Shown here: positions 50,421-64,000 of the stretch, piece after piece
Numbering within the stretch: position 1 is the first letter of the stretch
Layout of the letters: every line of letters begins with the position of its first letter
Source: Eledone cirrhosa
Taxonomy: Eukaryota
DNA length: 64,000 nucleotides
Assembly: GCA_964016885.1 (NCBI GenBank)
Contig: OZ024740.1
Span: forward strand, 152,148,001 to 152,212,000
Reading direction: 5' to 3'
Notes under the pieces: generated by a model
What the model was told of the DNA's origin: nothing
Database searches by the model: none
Seen by the model: only the letters and a program-made list of their open reading frames with translations
Translations under genes and position numbers: made by a program

Positions 50421-52338
50421 CTTCGATTTCTCTTAAGTAATTTTAATAATATTTACATTTTCATCTTTTAGCTTCAACAGCATGTTTCAATGACAGCAAA
50501 TACATTTAAACATTTTCAATGATCTAGAAAAGGAATCGTTAACACAATATTATTTGCATTTTTCTATAAACCCATCCACTTGTGGATCTGACTAAAACAT
50601 TATTATTATTTTTATTTACATTTATTAGGACAGTGGATTGGCAGAATCGGTAGAGCGTTGGACACCATGCTTCACGATATAGGGTCATGCCCCTTTACGT
50701 ACTGAGTTCAAATCCAGCCGAGGTTAACTTCGCCTTTCATCTTTATGGGGTCGATCAAATAAAATACCAGTAATGCAGTGGTTCGATTTAATCGACTTTC
50801 CATCAAATTGTTGGCCTTGTGCCTAAATCAGAAACCATTTATTACTATGTTCTGTTTTCCATTGATTTCGAAAAAAATCCTTTTTTTGCTATAGGTGTTC
50901 AGCTCTGTCTAAGTTTCAGGGAATGTAGCAAATAAAAAATAGTAATAATAAAAGATGTAATAACTAAACTAATAATAAAAGATGTAACAGCTAACTAATA
51001 ATACGTTGTTGTTTTTTTTCAAAGGATATTCTTTTTGTTCTTTTATTTCATTTTTATATATCCTTATATTTATGACTGACTTTGCCTTTCAGCCATTCGA
51101 GGTCGATAAAATAAAGTAGCAGTAAAGTACTGGGGCCGATTCTTCCTCTATATCCCTTTCTCAGTTCCATTCTCTCACTCTCTATCCTTCTCTGGAAGAA
51201 ATCTGCTGTATTCAGTCCTGGAAAGGAGATGAGCTCCGCCAGGTTTAACAATTTTTTAAATTGCCCTCGAAATGCCTCAGAAGTTACGGGACCATGCATG
51301 TTTATGTATGACCGACGCTAACATTAAATCCAAATAGGCAGCCACTTCGGGAGCAGACCTCCGAGGGGGCGCATTATTGATCTTTAAAAGATCACAGTTT
51401 TGTAAAAATAAAATTGTATGATAAAATTAAATCTATAACAACTTCTTGTGATCAATAAATAATTCTCTTAACAACTTTGCCGCGTAGCAGTGTTTTGGAT
51501 ATATCCGAAGCGTTGAAGTGAGTTTTATGGTATTATGCCCTGTCACCTGTCACGTAATTTGGCATGTGTAAGCGTGGACTGTGTAGCAGAACATGCTGGT
51601 TTAGTATTTTTCTTAGTGTAGTCAGAACAAGACGTGCCAAAAGCTAGATTTCTCAGCTTACTAAACTATAAGTTGAAATTGTTTTATCTGTGAGAATTGG
51701 GCAAATTAATTACTGAGAGACGGGGGTGCACATCTTAGAGCTAGTCAAGGGCACTATATATCCAGATACCGGATGTAATATCATTTGTGTATTTAGGTCA
51801 ACAAAAATGGCACAGATTTTTAAATGAACGGCTAGAAAAGGAGAGGAATACAAAGTTGACATGATAGTGTGTCCCAAAGAGGTGAAATAGACGATAATTG
51901 AAGGTCAGTCACTTTATATAACGTTAAAAGTATGTGTTTCACCTCTTGTTCTTCTTGTAAAGTAAGACCAAAATTTTCTACAATACTACTTGTTTCATGG
52001 TGAAGTCGTCGGGACTAAACCGGCAACGCCACTCTAGGGTCTCATTCTATTGTGTAGAGGATGAATGAACACCTCAACACGACGGTTGATGAACATGCTT
52101 GCGCCTAGAGCTAGAAGTAAACAAATAATTTATTGAAGTTCTTTGGGGATGTGAAAGCTGTTTAGTAAAACTCCTTAACTTTGACGGAACTCGTTGCTAG
52201 TCGCCCTTCGGCGTAATGGTTTAAGCCCTATGTCAGTAATCAAGAGATATGAAGTTCGATTTCCGTAGCGGTGGCTGGCCAATTTTTCTGTCTAAAAGGG
52301 AAATTGATCTAATTTTTAAAAACTATTATTAATAGTAA

Positions 52339-52530
52339 AGGGCGGTGGATTGGCAGTATCAGTGGAGGGTCGGACGCCATGCTTTCCAGCATAGTTACGT
52401 CCCTTTACGATCTGAGTTCAAATCCCGCCGAGGTTGATTTTGCCTTTCATCCTTACGGGGTCGATAAAATAAAGTACCAGTAATGCACTGGGTAATTGCT
52501 GGCCTTGTGCCTAAAGTAGAAACGATTATT
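52339..52530 (+). mobile_element. Full-length tRNA-derived SINE; further copies ~18140-18330, 22030-22232, 28527-28670, 34900-35065, 36955-37050, 46900-47103, 50628-50840, 55255-55468, 58245-58425, 61395-61492, 63660-63853
   Basis: GGGCGGTGGATTGGCAGTATC (A box), GAGTTCAAATCCC (B box), conserved GCCTTTCATCC..GGGGTCGATAAAATAAAGTACCAG central domain (Meta-domain-like, from memory), AT-rich tail. Confidence 0.9.
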
Positions 52531-53084
52531 TACTTCAAGCTTCAGCCGCAAAGTCTTTTTTTTTTTTTTCCTGTATAGCTCCTTAAATAGAACAGATTTC
52601 GGTGTCAGCTACCCCTTATTGTAATAGCTAACACACTCGGCTGATATTCGAGAAATACGGAGTTTGATACTTCATAGCAGCTGCTGACAACTTTTTCTCC
52701 GCCAATAAGGGTATATTACCCGGTTTTCTAAAATTGTTATTCATAGCACTTGACTGTTATAGATATTTTTTGCGTTTGGTGTGAAAGTTGGATTCACACA
52801 TGGGAGGTTGTGAATTCGAATCCCAGACCGAGCAATGCGTTGTGTCTTTGAGTAAGACACTTCAGTTCATTCAGATGTAGAAATGAGTTGTGATGTCACT
52901 GGTGCCAAGCTGTATCAGCATGTGCCTTTCCCTTGGACAACATCGGTGGCATGGAGAGAAAGGAGACTGGAATGCAAGGGCAACTTGTAATCTTCCACAA
53001 AACTACCTTGCCCGGTCCTATGCTTCGGAGTGGAACTTTCTAGGTACAAATCCCATGGTACTTTGAGAACGAATGCGGTTTTGC

Positions 53085-53134
<50 letters not shown>

Positions 53135-54241
53135 AAGTAACTCCTCCCACCCCCACACACATACACTCACACACACACAGCTATGGGTGAACCTGAGCCA
53201 ATCCTTTGATGTGATAGTGAAGTGGAAGATTTAAAGTTAATTTTGAAACTTTTCACACATCTAAATACATATATAATAGATATATAATTGAAATTCTCAT
53301 CCTTGAAAACATGTAATATAAAATACCTTATAATCTTACACAAAATAATATACCATTTTCTCTACATACTTTCCTCATTTTCTAAGAAAATTATTCATCA
53401 AATCTAATATTAATAGTTTAACAAATAATATTGGAGTTATCTTTTCCTTTACAATTAAGCAAACATGGACATAATAACTTGTATGTTAAATTCTATGTAA
53501 TTTCGCTAACTTAATAATTTTCTGTAAATATTTTCAATTTTTGTTAAAACTATTTGAATGTACAAAATGTTCTTCTCTTAAAATTTGAACTACGTCTTTT
53601 TCTTAACTATATATTTAAAATGTAAACTCAACATCCTTCGTAACTTATATTAGAAATGTAAACAAATTAATACGTGTGTTATATATCTATAAAAAATAAC
53701 AGCATATAATCACCAATAATATTTATATTTATACATTTATTAATCTATATAGATATTTATATACTTACAACCTGTTGTAATATAATAAGATAAAATGTAC
53801 TTACAACCATAATTCCTTCATATAATCTAATTGTAATGATTATATATAATATTATAACTCATGATTTAGCTAAATATTATTTAAATTCTGGATAGATATC
53901 CACCACTTCAACAAACTTTTAATTTTTAACGTTTCAATTTTTTAAATTCACGTACACTGTAATAATATAAATATAAGCTTCTCTTTCTTCTTCCTATATA
54001 TACATGCATATATATATATCCTAATAATTATTTAAATCTACCTAGCGTCTAAAAATAACGATTTTTTTAAGCCCTACGCTTCAACTTCATTTGCATATTC
54101 ATCAAAATAATTTGAAATATTTGTTTTTTCCTTTCTTCCGCCTTTCCCTTTTTCCCCTCTTTCCTTTCACTATCCAGACGGAACTTGAACCGTTAAGGTC
54201 TCATTCCCGGGTATGTCACTATTTATCAAACAAACTTTATA

Positions 54242-54298
54242 TTTTATCCGATGAGAGCGTACCAAAGTTTTGGTGCCCTTGAAATATATATAATAGAA
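54242..54298 (+). ncRNA. Mutated hammerhead motif, same repeat family as 37603-37660
   Basis: TTTTAT-CCGATGA-GAGCGTACCAAAGTTTTGGTGCCCTT-GAAA-TATATA-TA-ATAGAA; core U4>C; flanks ~54175-54345 align with ~37556-37730. Confidence 0.6.
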
Positions 54299-54439
54299 TA
54301 AATATGGTTTTATAAATATAGTTTCCATTTATTAACATCATTGATATATATATATATATTGGAAAAGTAAATAACAACAACAAGGAGTACAGTTACGAAA
54401 GGTGTTAGGTATTAGGTTCACCCTTGAGAGTAAGGGTGT

Positions 54440-54480
54440 GGAGACGACGTTTCGGGCACAAGCCCTTCACCAGGAGAATG
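54440..54480 (-). ncRNA. Mutated minimal hammerhead motif of a different Penelope-type family
   Basis: Minus strand CTGGTGA-AGGGCTTGTGCCC-GAAACGTC; core A6>G and poor stem I. Confidence 0.55.
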
Positions 54481-54735
54481 GTGGGAAGGAGAGGAGTTCC
54501 GAGAAGGTGTGAGGGGGGAGTGGTGGAAAAACATTACAATAACAGGAAAAATAATTTAAATGAGGGGAAATATATATATATATATATATTAGTAAAAGGA
54601 AAAGACAATGCTGACAAATTTTTCCCAGTGAAAAATAGTTTAATTAGGAATAAGTATAAATTAGTAATAAGTATTGGTTAGTATTCAGTTTTAGTTTAAA
54701 GTTTTTACCGGTTGCGCATTTCTAATGCTTTTCAA

Positions 54736-54768
54736 AAATAATTTTGAGATAGAGCGCGTGCTGTTTGC

Positions 54769-54854
<86 letters not shown>

Positions 54855-54887
54855 GCAAACAGCACGCGCTCTATCTCAAAATTATTT
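54736..54887. repeat. Perfect palindrome centred on a (TA)n tract
   Basis: AAATAATTTTGAGATAGAGCGCGTGCTGTTTGCTCTAA-(TA)n-TTAGAGCAAACAGCACGCGCTCTATCTCAAAATTATTT. Confidence 0.95.
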
Positions 54888-55535
54888 ATGTATGTATGTT
54901 GAGTGTGTGTGTCTGTGTCTGTGTGTATTTATATATATAACATTTCACATACAGAGAAAGCACGCGATTTAGTAGTTGGTGTTTTGGCCACACGATCGTA
55001 AAGGCATGTTCTAAATCATATCCTTTTCTATTACTCACGGTCCACTCAACTAAAAATGAGTACCACCAGCACATTAAGACGGGAAGTGTTAATGACCGTG
55101 AGATGTGATGGCTGAAGGAATGGCAGCCACAATTTAATCTGGAGAAGAAAGGGATAGGAGTGTGATTGGGTTAATGTTTGTGTTGGTTATTACAGGAAAG
55201 GTTTAGAACAGTGGTTCCAATCATTTCATCTGGAAGGACGCCTATCATAATGATTTCTTATATAGGCCAAAGGCCAGCAATTTTGGGGGAGGGGAAAGTC
55301 GATTATATCGACCTAGTGCGTGACTGGTACTTTATTTTATCGACCTCGTAAGGATGAAAGGCAAAGCTAACATCGGCGGCATTTGAAGTCAGATCATAAA
55401 GGGCTGTAACTCTATGTTTCAAAGCATGGTGTCCGAATCTCTACCGATACGGCCAATCAACCGCCCTTATACTAATAATGAAATTTCTCTTTGATGACTC
55501 GCTACAATGACTCTCCTCGCAGATAGTTTGTAAAG

Positions 55536-55566
<31 letters not shown>

Positions 55567-56055
55567 GACGCACGCATACACATGTATATGCAAACATACA
55601 CATGCACACACACAAACGTAAACACAAGCACACGCACACGCGGTCATCTATACATACATAAATGTATATAAAGATCTTTTTTGTGCATGATTTCAAGGGA
55701 AGCTACTCTAGTATTTACAAATATTTAGAGTTATCTATACATATATATAAAAGTGTTGTCTGTGTGTGTGTGTGTCCTCATTTTTACAAAGTCTATACAA
55801 ATCCACATTTCTACTCCGATTGACTTCAAACTTGCATTTATATATTCCTTGCGGTCTAAAGATACTAACTGCAGCTTTTATTTTTCAATTTTCTGTTGTT
55901 AAAGGCGCCGATTATCGATCTCCGTCGAGCCCTTATAATATCTGTCTGTATGTCTATTGGTCTGCATAACGACATTCTGACGAACACGTAATTGCTGACG
56001 TTTTATCTTCGCCACACACACACACACATATATATACATACATATACACACACAC

Positions 56056-56088
<33 letters not shown>

Positions 56089-56177
56089 CCTATACATATG
56101 TATATATACATATACAAACACATATACACATATATATATATACATATATATAAATATACACATAAAAATATATGTAT

Positions 56178-56300
<123 letters not shown>

Positions 56301-56903
56301 AATTAAGTATCGAAAGAGAGAAGGAGAGATAGGCGATACATGTAGTTATTTTCCAATAGCGTATGCAGAGAGTGCTCAATACTTGTGCCTGCAGTGTTAA
56401 ATATTAGAAGTGTTAATATCTAGTGGGCGAGAGAATAAGCAGAGCGGATACACGTGGAGAAGTAAATAAAGGAGAACAAACCGTTAAAACATGTTTATTT
56501 AAAACAGCACCTACGTACGTTTCGCCCGAAAGTGCTTCTCAAGGGCATAACAAACTAAAAAGCGTTCCCTACATGACCCGGAATGGGTTTTTAGAAACAA
56601 GTTCACGTCACAGTTCATTCTTCGTAAAAAACATGTATTGATTTCGCAGTAGGTCAACGGAGATAACTCTAACCGGTGTTAGAGCAGTATTCTCCAGGCG
56701 ACTTTTTATCCGTTATTACTTTGTGGTTACTGCTTTACCATTGTCGATACGCACAGGGTCAGGTATGCAACGTTAGTTTCCAGATGTTTATTTTCTGCGC
56801 CTGCCCGCCTGGGTCGATTCTAGCCGGGTCGGGGATGCATGGTTATTTTCCGGATGTTTTTTGCAGCGCCTGCCCGCCGGGTGTTAAAGTTTGGTGCAGG
56901 GTG

Positions 56904-56984
<81 letters not shown>

Positions 56985-57204
56985 GTGAGGTTTTTTTACA
57001 CAATGAAAAATAATCGAGGTGTCCTACACGAGTGAAAGTATAAAGAAAAAAAGGTGAAATCGAAAATGCAACTGGAGTCTTATTTAAACAAATATATATA
57101 TATATTTATTTGGTTCCTTTACCGGTTTCGCAATTCTTCTGCTTTTCAAAGGTAGAGTTGAGATGGAGGGTCTGTGGTTTTTCTCGCATCTGTCATTTTT
57201 CTCA

Positions 57205-57263
<59 letters not shown>

Positions 57264-57294
57264 CACACACACACACACATATATATATATGCAT

Positions 57295-57454
<160 letters not shown>

Positions 57455-58941
57455 TCAGATACATTGTAGGTCGCTTTAACCCGTCTTTTATTATTCAAAA
57501 AACTTCTTGCCAATAAACATTAACCCTTTGTGCGCCATTCATCTAACTGTAGACCAACAAATACCAAGTAAATGGAGCGTTGACAAGAATGATGGTGAAT
57601 GAATCTTCGAGGTAAGCAGTTTCCTCTCGAGCTGTTAGTTCATGTGGGATTCTCTGCTACACCTTTTCGTAATAATACCGAACAACGAACTGCTGGTCAC
57701 TCCTTCCTCCAAAAGCCGTAGAAAGTGGACATGTGCATCGGGCAGATGGATCGGGTGCAAATCTACACCAGGCCTACGCGAGAAATTCGCAAGGGACTGA
57801 ACCGAGAGGGATAGAAAGAAAGAGTAACTTAGTGGAAAGAGTGTGAATGAACTTTTGAGGTAAGTAGCCTACGCCTTACTGCTATGACACTGGAACCTTC
57901 TGTCAACTTAACCTGTGACTTTCTCTTTCACATTTACTCCAATAGGCCAAAACAGAGGAGTATGAAAATAAGAGGTTCAACAATATTTCTATGAACAATG
58001 CACGTAGACAGCTAAACTCTACTTTCAACTTCTTAATTTTCTCCAAATAAAACAAGTTTCCTGTCGGTATATTTTCGTAAGTTTTTAACAGGCACTCACA
58101 AATAAATGTTTCTCATTGGAGGTGCTATTACCAATGTTATTACCCGTGCAACGCCGGGATACATTGCTAGTGTCTAGTAAAATTAAAACAAAACTCGGTG
58201 AATATGTGTGGAGAGATATGGCATTTCGTTTAGTGATCCGGTTCATTGGCAGTATCGGTAGAGGGTCGGACGCCATGCTTTCCAGCATAGTTACGTCCCT
58301 TTATGATCTGAGTTCAAATCCCGCCGAGGTTGACTTTGCCTTTCATCCTTACAGGGTCGATAAAATAAAGTACCAGTAATGCACTGGGTAATTGCTGGCC
58401 TTGTGCCTAAAGTAGAAACAATTATTTTCTTTATGTAACCGCTTTATTTGACAGCCAATATTTTAAGAAAAGGCATGAACATTACACAATCTCATGTCAT
58501 CTAACTCTACACTATTATTTTTATGCAAAAGGGCGGTGGATTGGCAGTATCGGGGTCGATAAAATAAGGTACCAGTAATACACTGGCATAATTGCTGGCC
58601 TTGTACCAAAAGTTGAAACAATTATTTTTATGCAAAAGAAATTCTTGTAAAGAACAAACTTATCTTCGTGTCAGTCGGCCTATTTTGTGACATGATATCA
58701 ACCCTGTTGACAGGGTCTTCGAGAGAAATGTAAAACAGCGAAACGAGACTGCTTTCAAATATTCAAGAAGGTTGAGAGTTTATGCATTGACAAATGGCCA
58801 CTTTCTTGGCCTTCATGCGTTAAACGCGCATAATACTGTAGACAGGAAAATATTCTGAAAATCGCGTGTTCTGCCTACGAAATTTGAATAAATTAATGAC
58901 ATGCACTTACTAACTCACAGATGCTCCAGCTACTAACATTG

Positions 58942-59019
<78 letters not shown>

Positions 59020-59151
59020 GCTATACGGGAGCCTCCCAAAAGTCACCTCGAAAGTAGCACATGTATCTGTACAAGTGTATATATGCAGTTATTAGATGCA
59101 GAAATTTTGGAATGTTTTACATATTTTTACTGTTCCATTAATGGATTGTAC

Positions 59152-60270
59152 TTATAATTTCCTAACTAGTTGTGTTCTATCTGTTTCTGTGAAGCCTAGC
59201 TTCTCAAGATTTGTATTGGGGCAGTTACTAACATATCCCAGTACCTCAATAATCACAGGCATAAATCTGAAGGTATAGTCAGGGTGGAGTATCTGCAGAT
59301 TTCTCATTAGTTCTGCATAAATATTCTCCTTTTCGCTAATCTTTGATATTATATTGGCATCTGCTGGGCAGCTAACTTCCACTACTGTGCATGTCTTCTT
59401 TTCCCTGTCCCATATGATAATATCTGGTCTGTTATGCCTGCATTTTATTGGAGTTTTTACTGGAACATTCCACCAGTACTCTTTCATATTATGTACGTGG
59501 ATATCTTCCACATTGCTGTAACTTTTAATGTGTTTATTATCGGGGCTATTTTTTTATGGATTGCATTGTACAGTGCTTTGGACACTACATCATGCCTCAT
59601 AGGTAGATAGTACCACGATGACATCTTTGGACAGCTGCTTATGACATGGGTGACATTTTCGAAGTTAATTCTGCAGAGTCTGCATTTGTTGTCACATTTA
59701 AGTGTTTTGCCTGCATCCCTATCTCTTTTGCGAATCAGGTATTTCGTGTTGATTTCCTGTTCTTGGATTGCAAAAGCGTATCCTTCAAAGTGGGAGCCAA
59801 TATAGCGGTTGTTGGTCCAAGATAGACTACTTTCCTTATCTATATTACTCTCACTCTGGAGCTTCCTGGCAACACATCCATGCATGATTTTTTGCTGATA
59901 AGCATGCAATTTTTCATCCATGGATTCACTGCGGTACTGCTGGGCAATTTCCTTGGGTGTGAGGTTTTGGGTATCTCGCAGGGAATATCTCTCGAGGAGT
60001 TCCTTCCCAACTCTCATGATCTTATCTGTTTCATGCAGACAGACTTGCTCGAGAGACGGACTCCTACGCTTCGAGGTTCGTAGATGTTGTCGGGGGGATA
60101 TGATGCAACATTCAAATGCTCTCTGAACTGATGTTAGGCCTCTGCCTCCCTACTTACGTTTCAATTAGCGGCGGTCTATGTCACTGTTGATGTGGAAGTT
60201 TCCGGTGTTGTTTCGTATTTTTCAAGTCCTAACATCAATTACTCGGATTTCGTCCATCGTCAAATTGAGT
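59152..60270 (-). mobile_element. R4/Dong-like REL-endonuclease non-LTR retrotransposon fragment, frameshifted
   Basis: GGRGL thumb region, AIQEQEINT, CRLC..E..THVISSC zinc knuckle, RHD, NRPDIIIWD..VEVSCP..KENIY endonuclease motifs. Confidence 0.9.
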
Positions 60271-60388
60271 ATGTATATGTGTATATATGTATGTGTGTCT
60301 ATCTGTCTGTTTGTGTATGCGGTCGATAAATGTGGCAGCATGCAACTACTCTCTTGGTCAAAACATAGCAGACATCTTTTCTTTGCTT

Positions 60389-60512
<124 letters not shown>

Positions 60513-61892
60513 TTTTTCTCACATCTGAGAAAAACCACAGACCCTCCATCTCAATTCTACTTTTGGAAAACAGAAGAACTGCGAAACAGGTAAAGGAACC
60601 AAATAAATATATCTTTTTAAAAAAAGACTCCAGCTGCATTTTCGATTTCATCTTTTTTCCTTATACTTTCACCCGTGTGGGACACCTTGTTTTTTTTTTC
60701 ATTTTGTAAAAAAATCTCACTTTCTAATATCTTCCTATTTCCCACTCTACTACCCTAAGTATTGAGTACTCTGGTGCGTTGTGGTCCATTTGGTTCCTTA
60801 CCACAATTCCTTTGTTATATATATATATAGTCAAAATCAGGGTGCGCGAAAGGAAAATAAACAGGCCCTTACGCATCAGGTGACCTCTGGAATTAGCTAT
60901 AGTTTCGGTTTTCAAGGTTGATACTTTCATTCCAGTGCGCATTGGGACTTAACAAAAAAGTAAACACAGGAAGGGATGTGCCTTTTGGCGAAATACACAA
61001 ATAAAGACGAAAAACAAAATGCTACAAACCAAGTGTATCAACAAGGAAGGTTGAGAGAAATAGAAACGGTGCATGATATATGTTTACCTATCAATCTATC
61101 TGTCTGTCTGTCTCTTTCGCCCCCCCCTCTCTCTCTTTCTCCACAGACACACACACACACATACACACACACACAGACACATACACACACACATACACAC
61201 ACACACACAGACACATACACACACACACAGACATATATATATGTATGCGCGCGCGCGCGCGTGTGTGTGCATGTATGTATGTTTGCATTTATATATATAT
61301 ATATATATATATATACATAGATACGTAAACATACACAAATACATACAAACACGCATATGCACCGCCACACACACATATATATATATATAGAATATTTGTT
61401 TCTACTTTAGGCACAAGGCCAGCATATACCCAGTTCATTACTGGTACTTTATTTTATCGACCCCGTAAGGATGAAAGGCAAAGTCAACTTCAGTTATACC
61501 ATTTATGTGGTTTTGTCTTTGCGTGCAATTGTTCTCCCCGATCCACATATGACGTATTATCTTCGTTTTTTCCGTTCATTGCCAGAGAACGTCTCTATGA
61601 ACCACCTAAGAGAACATTAGTCTACGACTTCTTTTATACCATAAACGTGGTTCTGTCTTTGCGTGTAATTGTTTTTCACCGCTCCAAATAATGACGTATT
61701 ATATTCGTTTTTTCCCGTTCTTTGCCAGGGAACGTTTCCACGAACCAAAGTATCGTCTTCCTGTCTTCCTCCGGTTGCAACGTTTTTTGAAATATTCACT
61801 TCTGCGTTCACAGATTGACTTTGTTAGTTTCAGAAGATCCCGTTAAGGGTGAAATCAGCGATTCTTTGCTTAAACTTTAATCTGTTATTTTA

Positions 61893-61961
<69 letters not shown>

Positions 61962-61962
<1 letters not shown>

Positions 61963-62261
61963 TGAGGATGAAAAACTCAGAGCTGTATGGGAGCCTCCCA
62001 AAAGTCAGCTCAAAAGTGACACAGAGGAGACTGAGGTTAGCTGGACATGCTCACCGACATCCAGAGTTGACATTGCACTCAGTGCTCCTGTGGGAGCCCC
62101 TACATCGACACACTGGAAGTGGAAGACCAAGGTTAACGTATGTTGATGCCCTAAGGACAGACGCTGCTCTGTTGGAGACGCAGGACATGGCAGCAATAAT
62201 GAGGGACAGAGACCGCTGGAGAGAACTCGTCCATGGATCTCGGGAATTTTACCCGCCCTAG
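61962..62261 (+). mobile_element. RTE/RTE-X LINE 3' end inserted in (TA)n; related pieces at ~27505-27668 (-) and ~59020-59060
   Basis: NSELYGSLPKVSSKVTQRRLRLAGHAHRHPE..LLWEP..GRPRLTYVDALRTD..MRDRDRWR. Confidence 0.88.
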
Positions 62262-63014
62262 ATATATATATATATATATATATACGTAAGTTGGATAGAT
62301 GATTTCGGATTTCATAGAACATATCGAACGTATTGCAGAATATTATCCGATCTGTCCAGGTCTGTTTTTTAACCTGATTAGTTCTTTCGTTACTTTCGTA
62401 TTGTATGGTTGGGTTTTGCCTACCGCAATTTTCAATTTGTCAATCTATCTAAACGTATGTTATTACTCAAAGGACCTACCTTATTGAGTGCTATGCTACT
62501 CATTCCTTATTGAAGGTCGACTTTGCTTGGCCACAGCCGAAGCTTCGATTTTACTAAGCTTCCACTTGTATATATATACATATATATATATTATACACAC
62601 ACACTCATACATACATTCATACACACATACATAGATACATGCATACATACATACATTCATACATACATACATATATACACACACACATACATAACTACAT
62701 ACATACATTCATACATACATACACACATACATACATACATACATACATACATACATACATACATACATACATACATACATACATACATACATACATACAT
62801 ACATACGTACATATTTATATATATAATTAATTTAATTATATAGAAACACGGTTTATTAAAATCATACCTGCCCTCCAGCAAGTAGAAACTGAACTAAGAA
62901 AAAACTAATGACTTAATGAAGATATAAATATATCAATATGACATACAACAAAACATAATACACTAACACGTGGTCACCTATTTCTTAGCTAGCTCCTTTT
63001 GTTTACAAACACAC

Positions 63015-63055
<41 letters not shown>

Positions 63056-63184
63056 CACACATGCATACATACAAACAGACATATATATATTTATATAAAT
63101 AAATGAATATATACATGTGTGTATGTGTGTATGCGGGTATGTGTGTATGTATATGTGTGTGTGTGTATGTGTGTATATATGTAT

Positions 63185-63223
<39 letters not shown>

Positions 63224-63417
63224 TGTGTGTCCTTTTGTTTACAAACACACACATATATATACACACACACATATGCATGCATACAAACAGACATATATAT
63301 GTATAAATAAATGAATATATAAATGTGTGTGTATGTGGGTGGGTGTGGGTGTGTGTATGTGTGTGTGTATGTGTGTATATGTGCGTATCTGTATGTGTAT
63401 GTGAGTGTGTGTGTATG

Positions 63418-63456
<39 letters not shown>

Positions 63457-63865
63457 AAAAGATAAACTGAAATAACAACAATATATAGTTAATAAAACAA
63501 AGCACAGGAGGCAAAATTACAGATATATTAGGTTCATAAACACACACACGCACACATACCGGCACACACACACACACAGGCACACACACACACACAGACA
63601 CACACACGCACACACACATATATATATATATTAGAAATAATATATATATATATATATGAAATAATTGTTTCTACTTTTGGCACAAGACCAGCAATTATCC
63701 CAGTACATTACTGGTACTTTATTTTATCGACCCCGTAAGGATGAAAGGCAAAGTGAACCTCGGCGGGATTTGAACTCAGACTATAAAGGGGCGTAAGTCT
63801 ATGCTTCAAAGCATGGTGTCCGACCTTCTACCGATACTGCCAATCCCCAACCCTTATATATATGA

Positions 63866-63914
<49 letters not shown>

Positions 63915-63916
63915 TG

Positions 63917-63994
<78 letters not shown>

Positions 63995-64000
63995 TATATA

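Noticed and set aside
52339-52430. tRNA gene (A and B boxes present)
   Set aside because: No cloverleaf; it is the head of a high-copy SINE

Overview
AT-rich, microsatellite-dense eukaryotic DNA. The SINE families and the (TA)n/(CA)n load suggest an octopod cephalopod (inference). One complete gene can be reconstructed on the - strand: GOT1/GOLT1B (Golgi vesicle transport protein), with 5 coding exons of 25+92+179+82+39 nt giving 138 aa at 22473-35793, and a probable promoter near 36.7 kb. On the + strand, two phase-compatible exons (45851-45942 and 49489-~49577) encode an unrecognised small secreted protein (signal peptide, acidic spacer, cationic helix) whose 3' end is ambiguous. The rest is mostly transposon debris: CRE-like, Penelope, CR1/L2, RTE and R4/Dong-like retroelement fragments, hAT relics, TTAA- and TA-flanked MITEs, and many tRNA-derived SINEs. 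The most notable non-coding signal is a set of Penelope-type (type I) hammerhead ribozyme motifs. Two have intact catalytic cores and lie on opposite strands just upstream of the GOT1 promoter (37603-37660 -, 38371-38453 +); three more are mutated. Most ORFs in the supplied track are microsatellite or AT-rich noise. All calls are by eye; repeat boundaries are approximate.
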